Assembly: GCA_964474755.1 (NCBI GenBank)
Contig: CAYYUG010000011.1
Location: forward strand, 8,698-72,697
Reading direction: 5' to 3'
DNA length: 64,000 bases
Source of the DNA: an uncultured Rhodospirillaceae bacterium
Lineage (GTDB): Bacteria > Pseudomonadota > Alphaproteobacteria > UBA8366 > GCA-2717185
Shown: positions 11,194 to 20,395 of the stretch, in pieces
Layout of the letters: every line of letters starts with the position of its first letter
How positions within the stretch are numbered: the stretch's first letter is position 1
The notes under the pieces: model-generated
Database searches by the model: none
What the model saw: the letters and a program-made list of their open reading frames with translations, nothing else
Told to the model about the DNA's origin: nothing
Program-made: the position numbers and the translations under genes

Positions 11194-11903
11194 GTAATCG
11201 TCCTCACTTGCTTGGTCCGCGCGACGTACCGTTCCCAGAGATCGGGACGCCGTTCGCGGGTAATGCGTTCAGCCTGAGCCAATCGCCAGGCACGAATGTT
11301 CTTATGATGGCCGGATAGCAGAACGTCCGGCGTGTTGTGGCCTCGCCAGTTAGCCGGTCGCGTATATTGGGGATACTCCAAAAGTCCTCGGGCGAAGCTC
11401 TCCTCGACAAGCGATTCCTTGTCACCGACGACACCCGGCAGCAGACGGACGCAGGTGTCGATGACGCTCATGGCTGCGGGTTCGCCGCCGGACAGCACAA
11501 AATCCCCAACGCTAACCTCCTCAAAGCCCCTTTCTTCGATAACCCGTTCATCGATCCCTTCGAAACGGCCGCACAACAGTGTTACACCCGGCCCCGAAGC
11601 CAACGCTGCTGCGCGTTCCTGGTCAAAAGCGCTACCACGCGGCGTCAGGTAAATCACCGGTCCCGGCGCGTCTGCGACTGACTCCAACGCAGCATCGAGC
11701 ACATCGGCCCGCATCACCATACCCGGCCCACCACCGAAGGGTGAATCGTCAACCGTTCTGTGTACGTCGACAGCAAAGTCACGTATATCCACCGCCTTAA
11801 GGTCCCAAATTTTCTCCGCCATCGCGCGTCCAGCAAGGGAATGACCGAGAGGCCCTGGGAACATGCCCGGGAAGATCGTCAGGATATGGGCAGTCCAGGT
11901 CAC
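11190..11903 (-). CDS. trmD: tRNA (guanine37-N1)-methyltransferase
   Basis: 237 aa. [32 protein letters not shown]. 4-nt overlaps with rimM and rplS. Confidence 0.95.
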   Translation of the reverse strand: MTWTAHILTIFPGMFPGPLGHSLAGRAMAEKIWDLKAVDIRDFAVDVHRTVDDSPFGGGPGMVMRADVLDAALESVADAPGPVIYLTPRGSAFDQERAAALASGPGVTLLCGRFEGIDERVIEERGFEEVSVGDFVLSGGEPAAMSVIDTCVRLLPGVVGDKESLVEESFARGLLEYPQYTRPANWRGHNTPDVLLSGHHKNIRAWRLAQAERITRERRPDLWERYVARTKQVRTIT

Positions 11904-12439
11904 GCGCTATCCCCCGCCTCGGTTTCAGTCGGCGGCTCGACAGTGATACGACCGCTTTCGAGATCAATCTCCAGCACCACCGCGGAGGTGAAAGGCAGGA
12001 CTGACACACCGCCGCCTTCGAGAGAGATTTCGATCATGTCACCGGCCCCGAACTCATGTAGTGCCCGGACGGTCCCGAAAGCCGAACCGTCGGACAAAAC
12101 AGCTGGCAATCCAATCAAATCAGCGTGATAGAACTCTTCCTCATCTGCCTGCGGCAAGGCGTCACGGTTTATGAAAAGTTCTCTACCTTTCATCGCTTCC
12201 GCTGCATTACGATCGGCAATCCCATCTATCCTGGCAAGCAAAACGCCTTTGGCCGAACCGGTCACGTCGAGCACGTATTGACATGCGCCATCAGCATCGC
12301 CAAGGGGTCCATAGGCGGCGATATCAGCGGGTTTCTCGGTAAAGCTCTTGACGCGCACAAGGCCGCGCACGCCATGTGCACCCACTATAACGCCAACGCA
12401 AATTCGAGAATCCATCATGATTGCCGAGCGGGCCGACAT
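11900..12439 (-). CDS. rimM: 16S rRNA processing protein RimM
   Basis: 179 aa. [20 protein letters not shown], with the conserved rpsP-rimM-trmD-rplS order. The exact start among several N-terminal Met codons is uncertain. Confidence 0.88.
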   Translation of the reverse strand: MSARSAIMMDSRICVGVIVGAHGVRGLVRVKSFTEKPADIAAYGPLGDADGACQYVLDVTGSAKGVLLARIDGIADRNAAEAMKGRELFINRDALPQADEEEFYHADLIGLPAVLSDGSAFGTVRALHEFGAGDMIEISLEGGGVSVLPFTSAVVLEIDLESGRITVEPPTETEAGDSA

Positions 12440-12441
12440 AC

Positions 12442-12840
12442 TTAAGCCGGCTTCTCTTCTTCAGCCGGAGCCGCTTCTTCGGCTGGCGCTTCGGATGCTG
12501 CAGCAGCAGCTTCTTCAGCCTCGCGCAGGCGTTCTTGTGCTTTCGCCTTCGGCAGATGCTGACTGGTCTGCTTCGGGATCGCCGGCATCGGCATTATCTC
12601 CGCGCGGCCCAAGAAACGCGCAACACGGTCGGACGGCTTCGCGCCGACCGACATCCAGTGCCGGATGCGGTCCTCAACCAGTTGCACTCTGTTCGGATCA
12701 TCCTTTGCCAGCATCGGATTGTAGACCCCTACCCTTTCGATATATCGGCCGTCGCGCGGCATACGCGAATCGGCGACAACAATGCGGTAGTATGGGCGCT
12801 TTTTTGCACCGCCGCGGGCCAGTCTAATTTTCAGCGCCAT
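12442..12840 (-). CDS. rpsP: 30S ribosomal protein S16
   Basis: [32 protein letters not shown] is a classic S16 N-terminus. It has an Ala/Glu-rich C-terminal tail. Confidence 0.95.
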   Translation of the reverse strand: MALKIRLARGGAKKRPYYRIVVADSRMPRDGRYIERVGVYNPMLAKDDPNRVQLVEDRIRHWMSVGAKPSDRVARFLGRAEIMPMPAIPKQTSQHLPKAKAQERLREAEEAAAAASEAPAEEAAPAEEEKPA

Positions 12841-12889
12841 ATGGTTTGTTCTCCTTAAGTATGCGTGTCATTTGAAATATTAGTTGCTC

Positions 12890-14242
12890 TTACATGCGAG
12901 GCATCAGTCCCTGCATCCCATGACGCATCAGACCCTTCTCCCCCATTTTACTCATACGTTTCATCATTTTGCGCATCGTCTTATACTGCTTCAGCAGCTT
13001 ATTCACATCCTGGATCACGGTTCCCGATCCCTTTGCAATGCGTTTCTTACGCGAGGCATGGATCAACTTCGGCCGCTGCCGCTCCTTGGGCGTCATCGAA
13101 GAGATAATAGCTTCCTGCCGCAACAGCGCCGTTTCATCGATCTCGGCCTCCGCCATCTGCTTCTTCGCCTTAGCAACACCAGGCAGCAATTCCATCATTC
13201 CGGACAGACCACCCATCTTGCGCATCTGACTGAGTTGCTTGGCCATGTCATCTAGATCGAATTCACCCTTTTGAATTTTCTTCGCAAGCGCTTCTGCCTC
13301 TTCCTCCTCGATCGTTCCCTGCGCCTTTTCGACCAAGCTGACCACATCGCCCATACCGAGGATGCGTCCAGCAATCCGTTCCGGATGGAAATCTTCCAGC
13401 GCATCCAGTTTTTCACCGACACCTATGACCTTGATCGGACAGCCGGTGACCGCGCGCATCGATAGGGCCGCGCCGCCGCGCGCGTCGCCATCCACCCGGG
13501 TCAGAACGATACCAGTCAGCGGCAGGCGCGCCTTAAACCCTTCTGCCACATTAACCGCGTCCTGCCCGGTCATCGCATCAGCGACCAACAGAATTTCATA
13601 GGGATCGACTGCGTCTCGGACCGCCGCGGCTTCCGCCATCAGTGCTTCATCGATCTGCAACCGACCGGCGGTATCAAGCATAACCACGTCGTAGCCACCG
13701 AGCCGCGCCGCATCCTTCGCACGCTTTGCGATATCGACCGGCCGCTGGCCGGCGACAACCGGCAGAGTAGCAACACTCGCCTGCTCACCCAGAACCTTGA
13801 GCTGCTCCTGCGCCGCAGGCCTTTGGGTGTCAAGCGATGCCATCAGCACCTTCTTTTTGTCCCGCTCCTGCAATCGCGCAGCAATCTTTGCCGTCGTCGT
13901 CGTCTTACCGGAGCCCTGAAGCCCCACCAGCATGATACCGACCGGCGCCGGTGCTAACAGTTCCAGCCCTTCCGTCTCCGCACCCAGCATTTCGACCAGT
14001 TGATCGTGCACGACTTTTACGACCATCTGACCCGGTGTGACCGAGCGCAGCACTTCTTGGCCAACCGCCTCGTCTCGCACTTTCTTAATGAACTCACGCA
14101 CCACCGGTAGGGCGACGTCCGCTTCAAGCAAGGCGACCTGGACGTCACGCATCGCTTCCGACACGTCGGATTCACTCAACGCACCGCGGCGTTTAAGCTT
14201 CTCGAAGACGTCTGCCAAGCGGCCAGACAATGACTCGAACAT
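12890..14242 (-). CDS. ffh: signal recognition particle protein
   Basis: MFESLSGRL start at 14242 (the track ORF begins 5 codons earlier). GLQGSGKTTT, DTAGR, and a Met-rich M domain at the C-terminus. Confidence 0.95.
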   Translation of the reverse strand: MFESLSGRLADVFEKLKRRGALSESDVSEAMRDVQVALLEADVALPVVREFIKKVRDEAVGQEVLRSVTPGQMVVKVVHDQLVEMLGAETEGLELLAPAPVGIMLVGLQGSGKTTTTAKIAARLQERDKKKVLMASLDTQRPAAQEQLKVLGEQASVATLPVVAGQRPVDIAKRAKDAARLGGYDVVMLDTAGRLQIDEALMAEAAAVRDAVDPYEILLVADAMTGQDAVNVAEGFKARLPLTGIVLTRVDGDARGGAALSMRAVTGCPIKVIGVGEKLDALEDFHPERIAGRILGMGDVVSLVEKAQGTIEEEEAEALAKKIQKGEFDLDDMAKQLSQMRKMGGLSGMMELLPGVAKAKKQMAEAEIDETALLRQEAIISSMTPKERQRPKLIHASRKKRIAKGSGTVIQDVNKLLKQYKTMRKMMKRMSKMGEKGLMRHGMQGLMPRM

Positions 14243-14483
14243 GCGTGCCCCTATCACTTAAAGCTGTCACTAAAACGCCAAATGCGCCAGTGCGCGAAAC
14301 TCGCGGACTGGCGTAGCCCCTCGGGACTGGAAACCAACGTTTCCCGAATGAGAACGGGCTTTTACGCCGGCATTCAGCGCAAGTCAAGCAACCGCCTCCG
14401 CACAAACGGTGTTTACATCACCCCTAGTTTCGTACCAACATTAATGAAGCTGTTTTAAAAACAGGGGCAAAGAGGGGCTCGAC

Positions 14484-15773
14484 ATGACGACCAGCAAGAA
14501 CCCAGAGACTATCGTATTGCACACTGGATATCGATCCGATGAGTCGACTGGCTCGGTGGCCGTGCCCATCTACCAGACGACGTCATACCAGTTCCAAGAT
14601 ACCGGTCATGCCTCGCGCCTATTCGCACTGCAGGAACTTGGCAATATCTACACGCGCATCATGAACCCGACGCAGGATGCGCTCGAGCAACGGATTGCCG
14701 CTCTCGACGGAGGCGTTGCAGCTTTAGCGGTCTCATCCGGACAGGCGGCTTCAGCATTCGCGTTACAAAATTTGGCCTGGGCCGGCGACAATGTGGTCAG
14801 CTCGACGGATCTCTATGGCGGGACATGGAACCTATTCGCCAACACTTTGCGACAGCAGGGTGTCGAGGTGCGTTTCGTCGACCCGTCGGATCCAGAGAAT
14901 TTCCGTCGTGCGACGGACGATCGCACCCGCGCTTATTACGCGGAGACCTTGCCGAACCCAAAACTACACGTCTTCCCTATCCAAGAGGTCGCCGATATCG
15001 GTCGCCCGCTGGGTATCCCGCTGATCATGGATAACACTGCGGCCCCGATCTTGTGCCGCCCCTTCGACCACGGCGCTGCGATCAACGTCTATTCACTGAC
15101 AAAGTATATAGGAGGCCACGGGACTTCAATCGGAGGCATGATCGTCGATAGCGGCAATTTTGATTGGGAGGCTATCCCGGAACGGCAACCTGCCTTAAAT
15201 CAGCCAGACGAAAGCTATCATGGCGCGATTTGGACAGAGGCGGTTAAACCACTCGGCCCGATCGCTTACATCATCCGAGCCCGGGTCATTCTGTTGCGCG
15301 ACCTTGGCTCCGCCATCAGCCCGCAAAACGCCTTCCAGTTCATACAGGGGCTGGAAACCCTGCCGTTACGCATGCGCGAACACTGCCGGAACGCATCCGC
15401 GGTTGCGGAATATCTCGGCGGACAGGGTAATGTCACCAAAGTGATCCATCCAAGCAACCAGTCCGGCGAGGAAAAACGGCGCGCCGACGCCTATATGAAT
15501 GGAGGTTATGGTGGTCTCGTCGGTTTCGAACTAGGCGGCGGCAAGGAAGCCGGACAAAAATTCATCGAAGCGTTGAAGATGTTCTATCACGTTGCAAATA
15601 TAGGCGACGCGCGCAGCCTAGCAATCCACCCGGCGTCGACGACACATTCGCAGCTTACGCCCGAGGAACAGCTGGCGACCGGTGTCTCCGACGGCTATGT
15701 CCGCCTGTCGATCGGCATCGAGCATATTGACGACATCATCGCTGACCTGGACCAGGCGTTGGCCGCGGTCTGA
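14484..15773 (+). CDS. metY: O-acetylhomoserine aminocarboxypropyltransferase / sulfhydrylase (PLP)
   Basis: 429 aa. Cys/Met-metabolism PLP family: SLTKYIGGHG contains the PLP lysine, plus NPT and the RLSIGIEHIDDIIADL C-terminus. Confidence 0.9.
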   Translation: MTTSKNPETIVLHTGYRSDESTGSVAVPIYQTTSYQFQDTGHASRLFALQELGNIYTRIMNPTQDALEQRIAALDGGVAALAVSSGQAASAFALQNLAWAGDNVVSSTDLYGGTWNLFANTLRQQGVEVRFVDPSDPENFRRATDDRTRAYYAETLPNPKLHVFPIQEVADIGRPLGIPLIMDNTAAPILCRPFDHGAAINVYSLTKYIGGHGTSIGGMIVDSGNFDWEAIPERQPALNQPDESYHGAIWTEAVKPLGPIAYIIRARVILLRDLGSAISPQNAFQFIQGLETLPLRMREHCRNASAVAEYLGGQGNVTKVIHPSNQSGEEKRRADAYMNGGYGGLVGFELGGGKEAGQKFIEALKMFYHVANIGDARSLAIHPASTTHSQLTPEEQLATGVSDGYVRLSIGIEHIDDIIADLDQALAAV

Positions 15774-15789
15774 ACTGACAAATTCCGAA

Positions 15790-16500
15790 CGACATCCGCC
15801 TGTAAGATAGCGGCTTGCCGTGTATCGCACTTGCGCGGCTCGGTTGGCAGCAGGATCCACGTTTCCGACACCAGTCCGGGCGGCCCGCTCACCGGTATAG
15901 TGGTCGGGACCATGCCGTCCAGGACGGGTTCCCCATAGATATGCAGCCCCTCGGGCAATTCGGCACCACCACATGGCAGACGATTCGCTGTGGCAGGCTT
16001 CCAGAACCGCCATCAATGGCGGCGCTGACCATTCCTCCATCGTCAATAGCCACCGATACAGGCGGCGCGTCTTCTGCAATTTGAACCGGCCCAACGCGGC
16101 GTCGATGATGACTTCTGCGCTGTCGCGTTTCTTATAAGGGTCATGTAATAACTTCGCGACGACGACGCCGTCTCCGTCGGTCACGAACACCCCGATTTAC
16201 GGGATGTCTTAAAAAAAATCGTCTTCCGGCTCGATCTGAGTGTTCAGAATGCAGCAGCGCCGAATGACCACGAAATCCAGGTCGGACAAAAATCAAACGG
16301 GTATACTCTGCGTCTCGGCGTATACAGCTAGCACCTCCTGATCGTCATAGGAATTTGCGTGACCCTAGATTTCTAAGGCTTTGAACCTCTCAAACGCATC
16401 GCCCGGCTCCCCGAACTACGTCCAGCAGAGAGGTCACCACACGACAGAACAGTTGATCAAACGGGACAGGCCCATCGAAGCCGTGTTTATCGCGGTTCAA
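15790..16500 (-). pseudogene. decayed thioredoxin-fold redoxin (peroxiredoxin-like) with DsbD-N-like C-terminal part
   Basis: My codon-by-codon translation in the frame of the GTG at 16190 gives ...VVW*PLCWT*FGEPGDAFERFKALEI*GHANSYDDQEVLAVYAETQSIPV*FLSDLDFVVIRRCCILNTQIEPEDDFF*DIP*IGVFVTDGDGVVVAKLLHDPYKKRDSAEVIIDAAL. That is six in-frame stops. Frame changes occur upstream (FDGPVPFDQLF) and downstream (LPEGLHIYGEPVLDGMVPTTIPVSGPPGLV in another frame). The track ORF 15618..16190 runs into the metY 3' end. Confidence 0.45.
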
Positions 16501-16569
16501 GCGCTTGGTGCAATCCTCTGCTATCGTCTGTTCAAATACTTTTCCAAAGCAGGCAATGTCACTTCGATT

Positions 16570-18330
16570 TCAAAGAACCGACAGCGTAACAAAGGACGGT
16601 GTATCCGCGTCGTGATGCACGGTGTTGGTCGCAATGCGGATATCCGCATCGGTGTCGTTTGCCAAAACTGGATTGCCGCTGTTTGTGTTGCGTGCGCGCC
16701 GCGGAAAATTGCTGCTGGTGATATCAATCTGCAAGCTGTGACCCGCGCAAACGGTATGGTGGATATGCGCAAGGTCAATTTCAAAGGCGGTGGTCTCTCC
16801 CGGCAAGAGTGGCTCCTGTTTGCCATTGCGGTACAACGCACGGACGACCCCATCCATCAGCAGCATCGTCCGGCCATCAGGGTGAACTTCAATCAGCTTA
16901 GCGACGAAATCCGTGTCCGGACAATCTGAGCTCGCCTGCAACGTAAGACGCACTGGGCCTGCGATAGTTAGGTCTTCGGATAGCGGCGCGCCACGATAGG
17001 TTAGCCCGTAATGCGGCAGAGCCTGCACCGGTCGCTGGTCGCGTGGGCCGGCATCGATCAGCATATTTCGGCCGCCCAGCGTCGGAACTGGGTTGTGAGG
17101 ATCGTACACATATGAACGTGCATCGCCGCCCGGGCCATCAGCATCGAGTGTACCGCCGCCGTGAAGATAGAGCCGTAAAGAGTTTGCATTCTGCGGAGGC
17201 CACTGATCAGCGGAATGCCAATCCTTTGCAACGTAGCAGGCAGGATCATCGGTCCAGGCCTGCGGCGCGTAGCGGACAGGTGCCCCGTCCATCACGCCGT
17301 TTTCCACGCCCTTCAGCCAATGGTCGAACCATTCGAAATAGGGGTCGGTCGGCCAGAAATTAGCGTCGTAGATGAAGTAGTGATTGTTTGGCCCGATCCA
17401 GAGCCGCTGATTGCCGTTTTGCGCTTGGATCTCTTTGAAGGCGCGGATCATACTGGTCTGGAAGATGTCGTACCATGTTGTCGCTAGGAAGCCCGGCGCT
17501 TCTATCGACCGGCTGAAGTCATGCGCAGCGCGGAAATCGTCCGGTGCTGGATGGGAGACGATCTCGTCCAGGAAGGGCTGCCAGATCGAGAAATCAGGGT
17601 AGCCGGTCAAAGGCAAGCGCATCCAGTCTGGTGATTTCACATAAGGCAGATCGTCGTGGCGCGCCGCCTCAAGCCGGTCGTAGCGCGCCGCGGCACTCTC
17701 AGCTGCCTTATCCAAAGTAATAGGGTCGATACCGGCCTGTTGCATCACCGCTACCCGATGTGACAGCGACAATCCGGGGATGTTCTTTGACACCCAGAGC
17801 CATAGACGTTCCATCTCGATTGAGCCGCCCTCGCAAACGACATCGTCATAGATGCTGGCCGCCCCGACCTGCGCGAAATAGGCCTTTAGAGCTGGATGAC
17901 GCGTGCTTGCCCCGGCGAAGGTCGTCGTCGCCCCGGCCGAAGAGCCAGACATGCCTATATTGCCGTCGCACCAGGCTTGCGCTGCGATCCAGTCCAAAGT
18001 GTCGAGCCCGTCCGCCGCATCGTCCGCATAGACCCGATCTATACCCTCCGAGCCGTAGCGGCCGCGCGTGTCCTGATAGACGGCGACATAGCCTCGGCCG
18101 ATGATCGCCTGCCAGCCGCGCAGGATCGAGCCGCGCATCGGTGCCACGGGGTCCGGCAACCAGCCACACGCCGGGTCGTGGATCGCCTCGCCCTGCGGCT
18201 TCGTGATGCCGTAGGGCGTGCGCTGCAGGATGACCGGAAAAGGCCCCGCTCCGGCCTTCGGCAGATACACAAAGGTATTGAGTTTGACCCCGTCCCGCGA
18301 CGTGACGAAGGTCTGGAAGGCGTCGGTCAT
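16570..18330 (-). CDS. CocE/NonD family alpha/beta hydrolase (X-Pro dipeptidyl-peptidase S15 family)
   Basis: The start MTDAFQTFVTSRDGVKLNTFVYLP at 18330 overlaps the upstream stop (ATGA). VILQRTPYG, VAVYQDTRGRYGSEG and GMSGSSAG (nucleophile Ser) are typical of the family. Confidence 0.8.
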   Translation of the reverse strand: MTDAFQTFVTSRDGVKLNTFVYLPKAGAGPFPVILQRTPYGITKPQGEAIHDPACGWLPDPVAPMRGSILRGWQAIIGRGYVAVYQDTRGRYGSEGIDRVYADDAADGLDTLDWIAAQAWCDGNIGMSGSSAGATTTFAGASTRHPALKAYFAQVGAASIYDDVVCEGGSIEMERLWLWVSKNIPGLSLSHRVAVMQQAGIDPITLDKAAESAAARYDRLEAARHDDLPYVKSPDWMRLPLTGYPDFSIWQPFLDEIVSHPAPDDFRAAHDFSRSIEAPGFLATTWYDIFQTSMIRAFKEIQAQNGNQRLWIGPNNHYFIYDANFWPTDPYFEWFDHWLKGVENGVMDGAPVRYAPQAWTDDPACYVAKDWHSADQWPPQNANSLRLYLHGGGTLDADGPGGDARSYVYDPHNPVPTLGGRNMLIDAGPRDQRPVQALPHYGLTYRGAPLSEDLTIAGPVRLTLQASSDCPDTDFVAKLIEVHPDGRTMLLMDGVVRALYRNGKQEPLLPGETTAFEIDLAHIHHTVCAGHSLQIDITSSNFPRRARNTNSGNPVLANDTDADIRIATNTVHHDADTPSFVTLSVL

Positions 18331-19601
18331 AGTTCCATGAAAGGCTCGAAGCCCCAATCGAAGAGTGGCCGGCCACCATCTCCTTCGACCACGATGACAT
18401 CCTCGAGCCAAACCCGTTCGCTTTCGCCACCGGGATAAAGCAGGTGCAAAGGTACGACCATGTTCTCCTGCATGAGCCAGTCGCCGTTCGGTGCACCGTC
18501 CGCCGTCCTAAGTTCCAGGTCCATATGCGACAGGCCGAGGCCGTGAAAGAAGATTAACGCGGAGTCGGCATCAGGTACGCCGCACTTGCGGAAGGTCTCA
18601 CGTCCCATCGCCTGGATCTGGCTGACCGTATTGCCTGGCCGCATCGCCGCGCCCACTGTCTCAGCGACCGCTTCAACGGCCTTTGCCGTTTTTTTCGCCG
18701 CCACTGTCGGCGTGTCACCGACGCACCAGCTCTTGCCGCCGTCCCAGCAATAGAGATCGAGTGTGCCGTGGCAGTCAAATAAGATGTGGGTTCCGGCCTC
18801 AACCTCGAAATCCTCCAATCCAGTCTGCAGAGTGATTGCCGGGTCACTGCCACGCGGATGACCCCAGACCATGCCTCCAGGATCGCGGATAAAGCCGCCC
18901 AATTCGACCGCAGCCTGGTGATAGGCGCAATTGATCTCGCGCCAACTCGCACCCTTGTCCCAGAACGCAACGGTCCGCTCGATTGCCTTTTGGTTCAGCG
19001 CGGTCGCCCGTTCAATCAGCTTCAGTTCTTCAGGTGTCTTGACCATGCGGGCCGCCATCATCGGATCGTAGCCATCGCCAACCTCTACATCGCCGAGACG
19101 CAACCCATAGCCCATATCGTCGAAGCCTACCGCGCCAGTCGCCAGACCCAGATCGGTCAGGGCGCCGCGAACGACGCTGTCCATGTCGAAGCGGTAATGC
19201 TCCCGTGCCCGCACAATCCAATCTGCATCGCCACCGTGCCGCGGGATAAAACGGTCGATGTCGCTTGCCTGCGGCGCGATATCGAGGCCCATCATTACCG
19301 CACGGAACGGCCGTATATCCTCAATCCAGCTTGGCTGCACCATCAGGCTCGACAGATAATAATCGGCGACCACCATTATCGGATGGTCAGGCGCGTGACG
19401 CGATAGGATCACCGCGCAAGGCCGCGGCTCATCAGAATTATGCGCGATGCCGTTGAAACCCGAGATGTAGAAGACGTTCAACGGCGTTGTCGCGACAATC
19501 CCGTCGAGCCCTCTCGCTTCCAAGGCCTCCCACAGGCGGCCAATATTGCAGAACTGCCTTGGCAGCGGGTTGCGTTCGAACAGGGTATTGTCGGCTTTCA
19601 T
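18327..19601 (-). CDS. M24 family metallopeptidase (creatinase / Xaa-Pro aminopeptidase-like)
   Basis: 424 aa. Creatinase-type N-terminal domain (GLDGIVATTPLNVFYISGF) and a pita-bread C-terminal half (HGLGLSHMD, LED). Confidence 0.7.
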   Translation of the reverse strand: MKADNTLFERNPLPRQFCNIGRLWEALEARGLDGIVATTPLNVFYISGFNGIAHNSDEPRPCAVILSRHAPDHPIMVVADYYLSSLMVQPSWIEDIRPFRAVMMGLDIAPQASDIDRFIPRHGGDADWIVRAREHYRFDMDSVVRGALTDLGLATGAVGFDDMGYGLRLGDVEVGDGYDPMMAARMVKTPEELKLIERATALNQKAIERTVAFWDKGASWREINCAYHQAAVELGGFIRDPGGMVWGHPRGSDPAITLQTGLEDFEVEAGTHILFDCHGTLDLYCWDGGKSWCVGDTPTVAAKKTAKAVEAVAETVGAAMRPGNTVSQIQAMGRETFRKCGVPDADSALIFFHGLGLSHMDLELRTADGAPNGDWLMQENMVVPLHLLYPGGESERVWLEDVIVVEGDGGRPLFDWGFEPFMEL

Positions 19602-19652
19602 TCAAAGGCCCCCTAAGTTGTTTCGGGAAGAACCGGCTGCGGCCGCTGTCCA

Positions 19653-19725
19653 CCCCCTAAAGGGGGGAGACGGAAATTAGCTCTTAGGCAAACAATCTAT
19701 CCCTTTCCCCCTTTAGTGGGGAAGG
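19653..19725. repeat. pair of inverted G/C-tract hairpin motifs (REP/MITE-like intergenic element)
   Basis: CCCCCTAAAGGGGGG at 19653..19667 and CCTTTCCCCCTTTAGTGGGGAAGG at about 19702..19725. The reverse complement of the second (CCTTCCCCACTAAAGGGGGAAA) resembles the first. The spacer is about 35 nt. The element lies between the cupin and M24 genes. Confidence 0.45.
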
Positions 19726-19777
19726 TGAGGATGGCGCGGAAATGCGACGATTGCACATGAAGAATGCGCCCATAACT

Positions 19778-20308
19778 TCAACCCTCCCTTAAATGAGCGT
19801 CGCGCCGGTCAAACAGTTTGTCATCGGCGTAGCCCATTGCCTCCGGCTTGCCGCGCCCCAGCATGACCTGAAAATAAACCGGCTCTAAGCTCTTGTTCTC
19901 GAAGCCGTGGATGACGCCAGCCGGGCACGCGATGCATTCCCACGGCCCAAGCCGCGTCCAGAGCTGCTCGCCCGCCTCGTCTTCGATGAACACATCGAGG
20001 ATGCCCTGCAGCACGAAGAAGCATTCCTCGACCTCATGCGTGTGCGCCGCATTACCCTGCCCCGGCTCCACATACATGATCGACAGGGTGAAGTTGTCGG
20101 CAGGGATCGCGTTCGGATCTTCATGCTTACCAGACCCGCCGGCGCCAATAAAGCGGTGCTGCGCGCGCTTGTAGCCCTCGATCTTGGCGTCCTCGAAAGC
20201 AGCCCAGTCCGGCGTCTTCTCGCGGAAACGCCCAACATAACGGTCCATGATCTCCGGCAGCGGCACGCCGACCAGTTCAGGCGCGCGGGGATGGCGGGCG
20301 GCACTCAT
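19778..20308 (-). CDS. cupin domain protein
   Basis: ATG at 20308 is preceded by AAGGAGAA. The cupin metal motif GNAAHTHEVEECFFVLQG...PAGVIHGFEN is present. The track ORF is N-terminally over-extended. Confidence 0.75.
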   Translation of the reverse strand: MSAARHPRAPELVGVPLPEIMDRYVGRFREKTPDWAAFEDAKIEGYKRAQHRFIGAGGSGKHEDPNAIPADNFTLSIMYVEPGQGNAAHTHEVEECFFVLQGILDVFIEDEAGEQLWTRLGPWECIACPAGVIHGFENKSLEPVYFQVMLGRGKPEAMGYADDKLFDRRDAHLREG

Positions 20309-20395
20309 GACGGTTCTCCTTGGCAGCTTATGCGGTTCAAGATAGCCGGAGATTGTAGGTGGAGGGAACGAAGACTGTGCGGCTTGGTGCGCCAT

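Noticed and set aside
14258-14483. SAM-II/SAM-V riboswitch upstream of metY.
   Set aside because: I could not find the conserved AAAGCU pseudoknot element or a convincing P1/P2 arrangement. There is only a short CUGUUUU/AAAACAG palindrome. A covariance-model scan (Rfam RF00521, RF01826) would be decisive.
15618-16190. 190-aa ORF as an intact gene.
   Set aside because: It overlaps the metY 3' end by about 155 nt. Only its first 40 or so residues look protein-like. It is the longest open remnant of the redoxin pseudogene.
16295-16297. Second in-frame TGA of the redoxin remnant (SIPV-TGA-FLSD) as a Sec codon.
   Set aside because: The position corresponds to an ordinary hydrophobic or aromatic residue in peroxiredoxin-like proteins. 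It is accompanied by TAA and TAG stops in the same frame.
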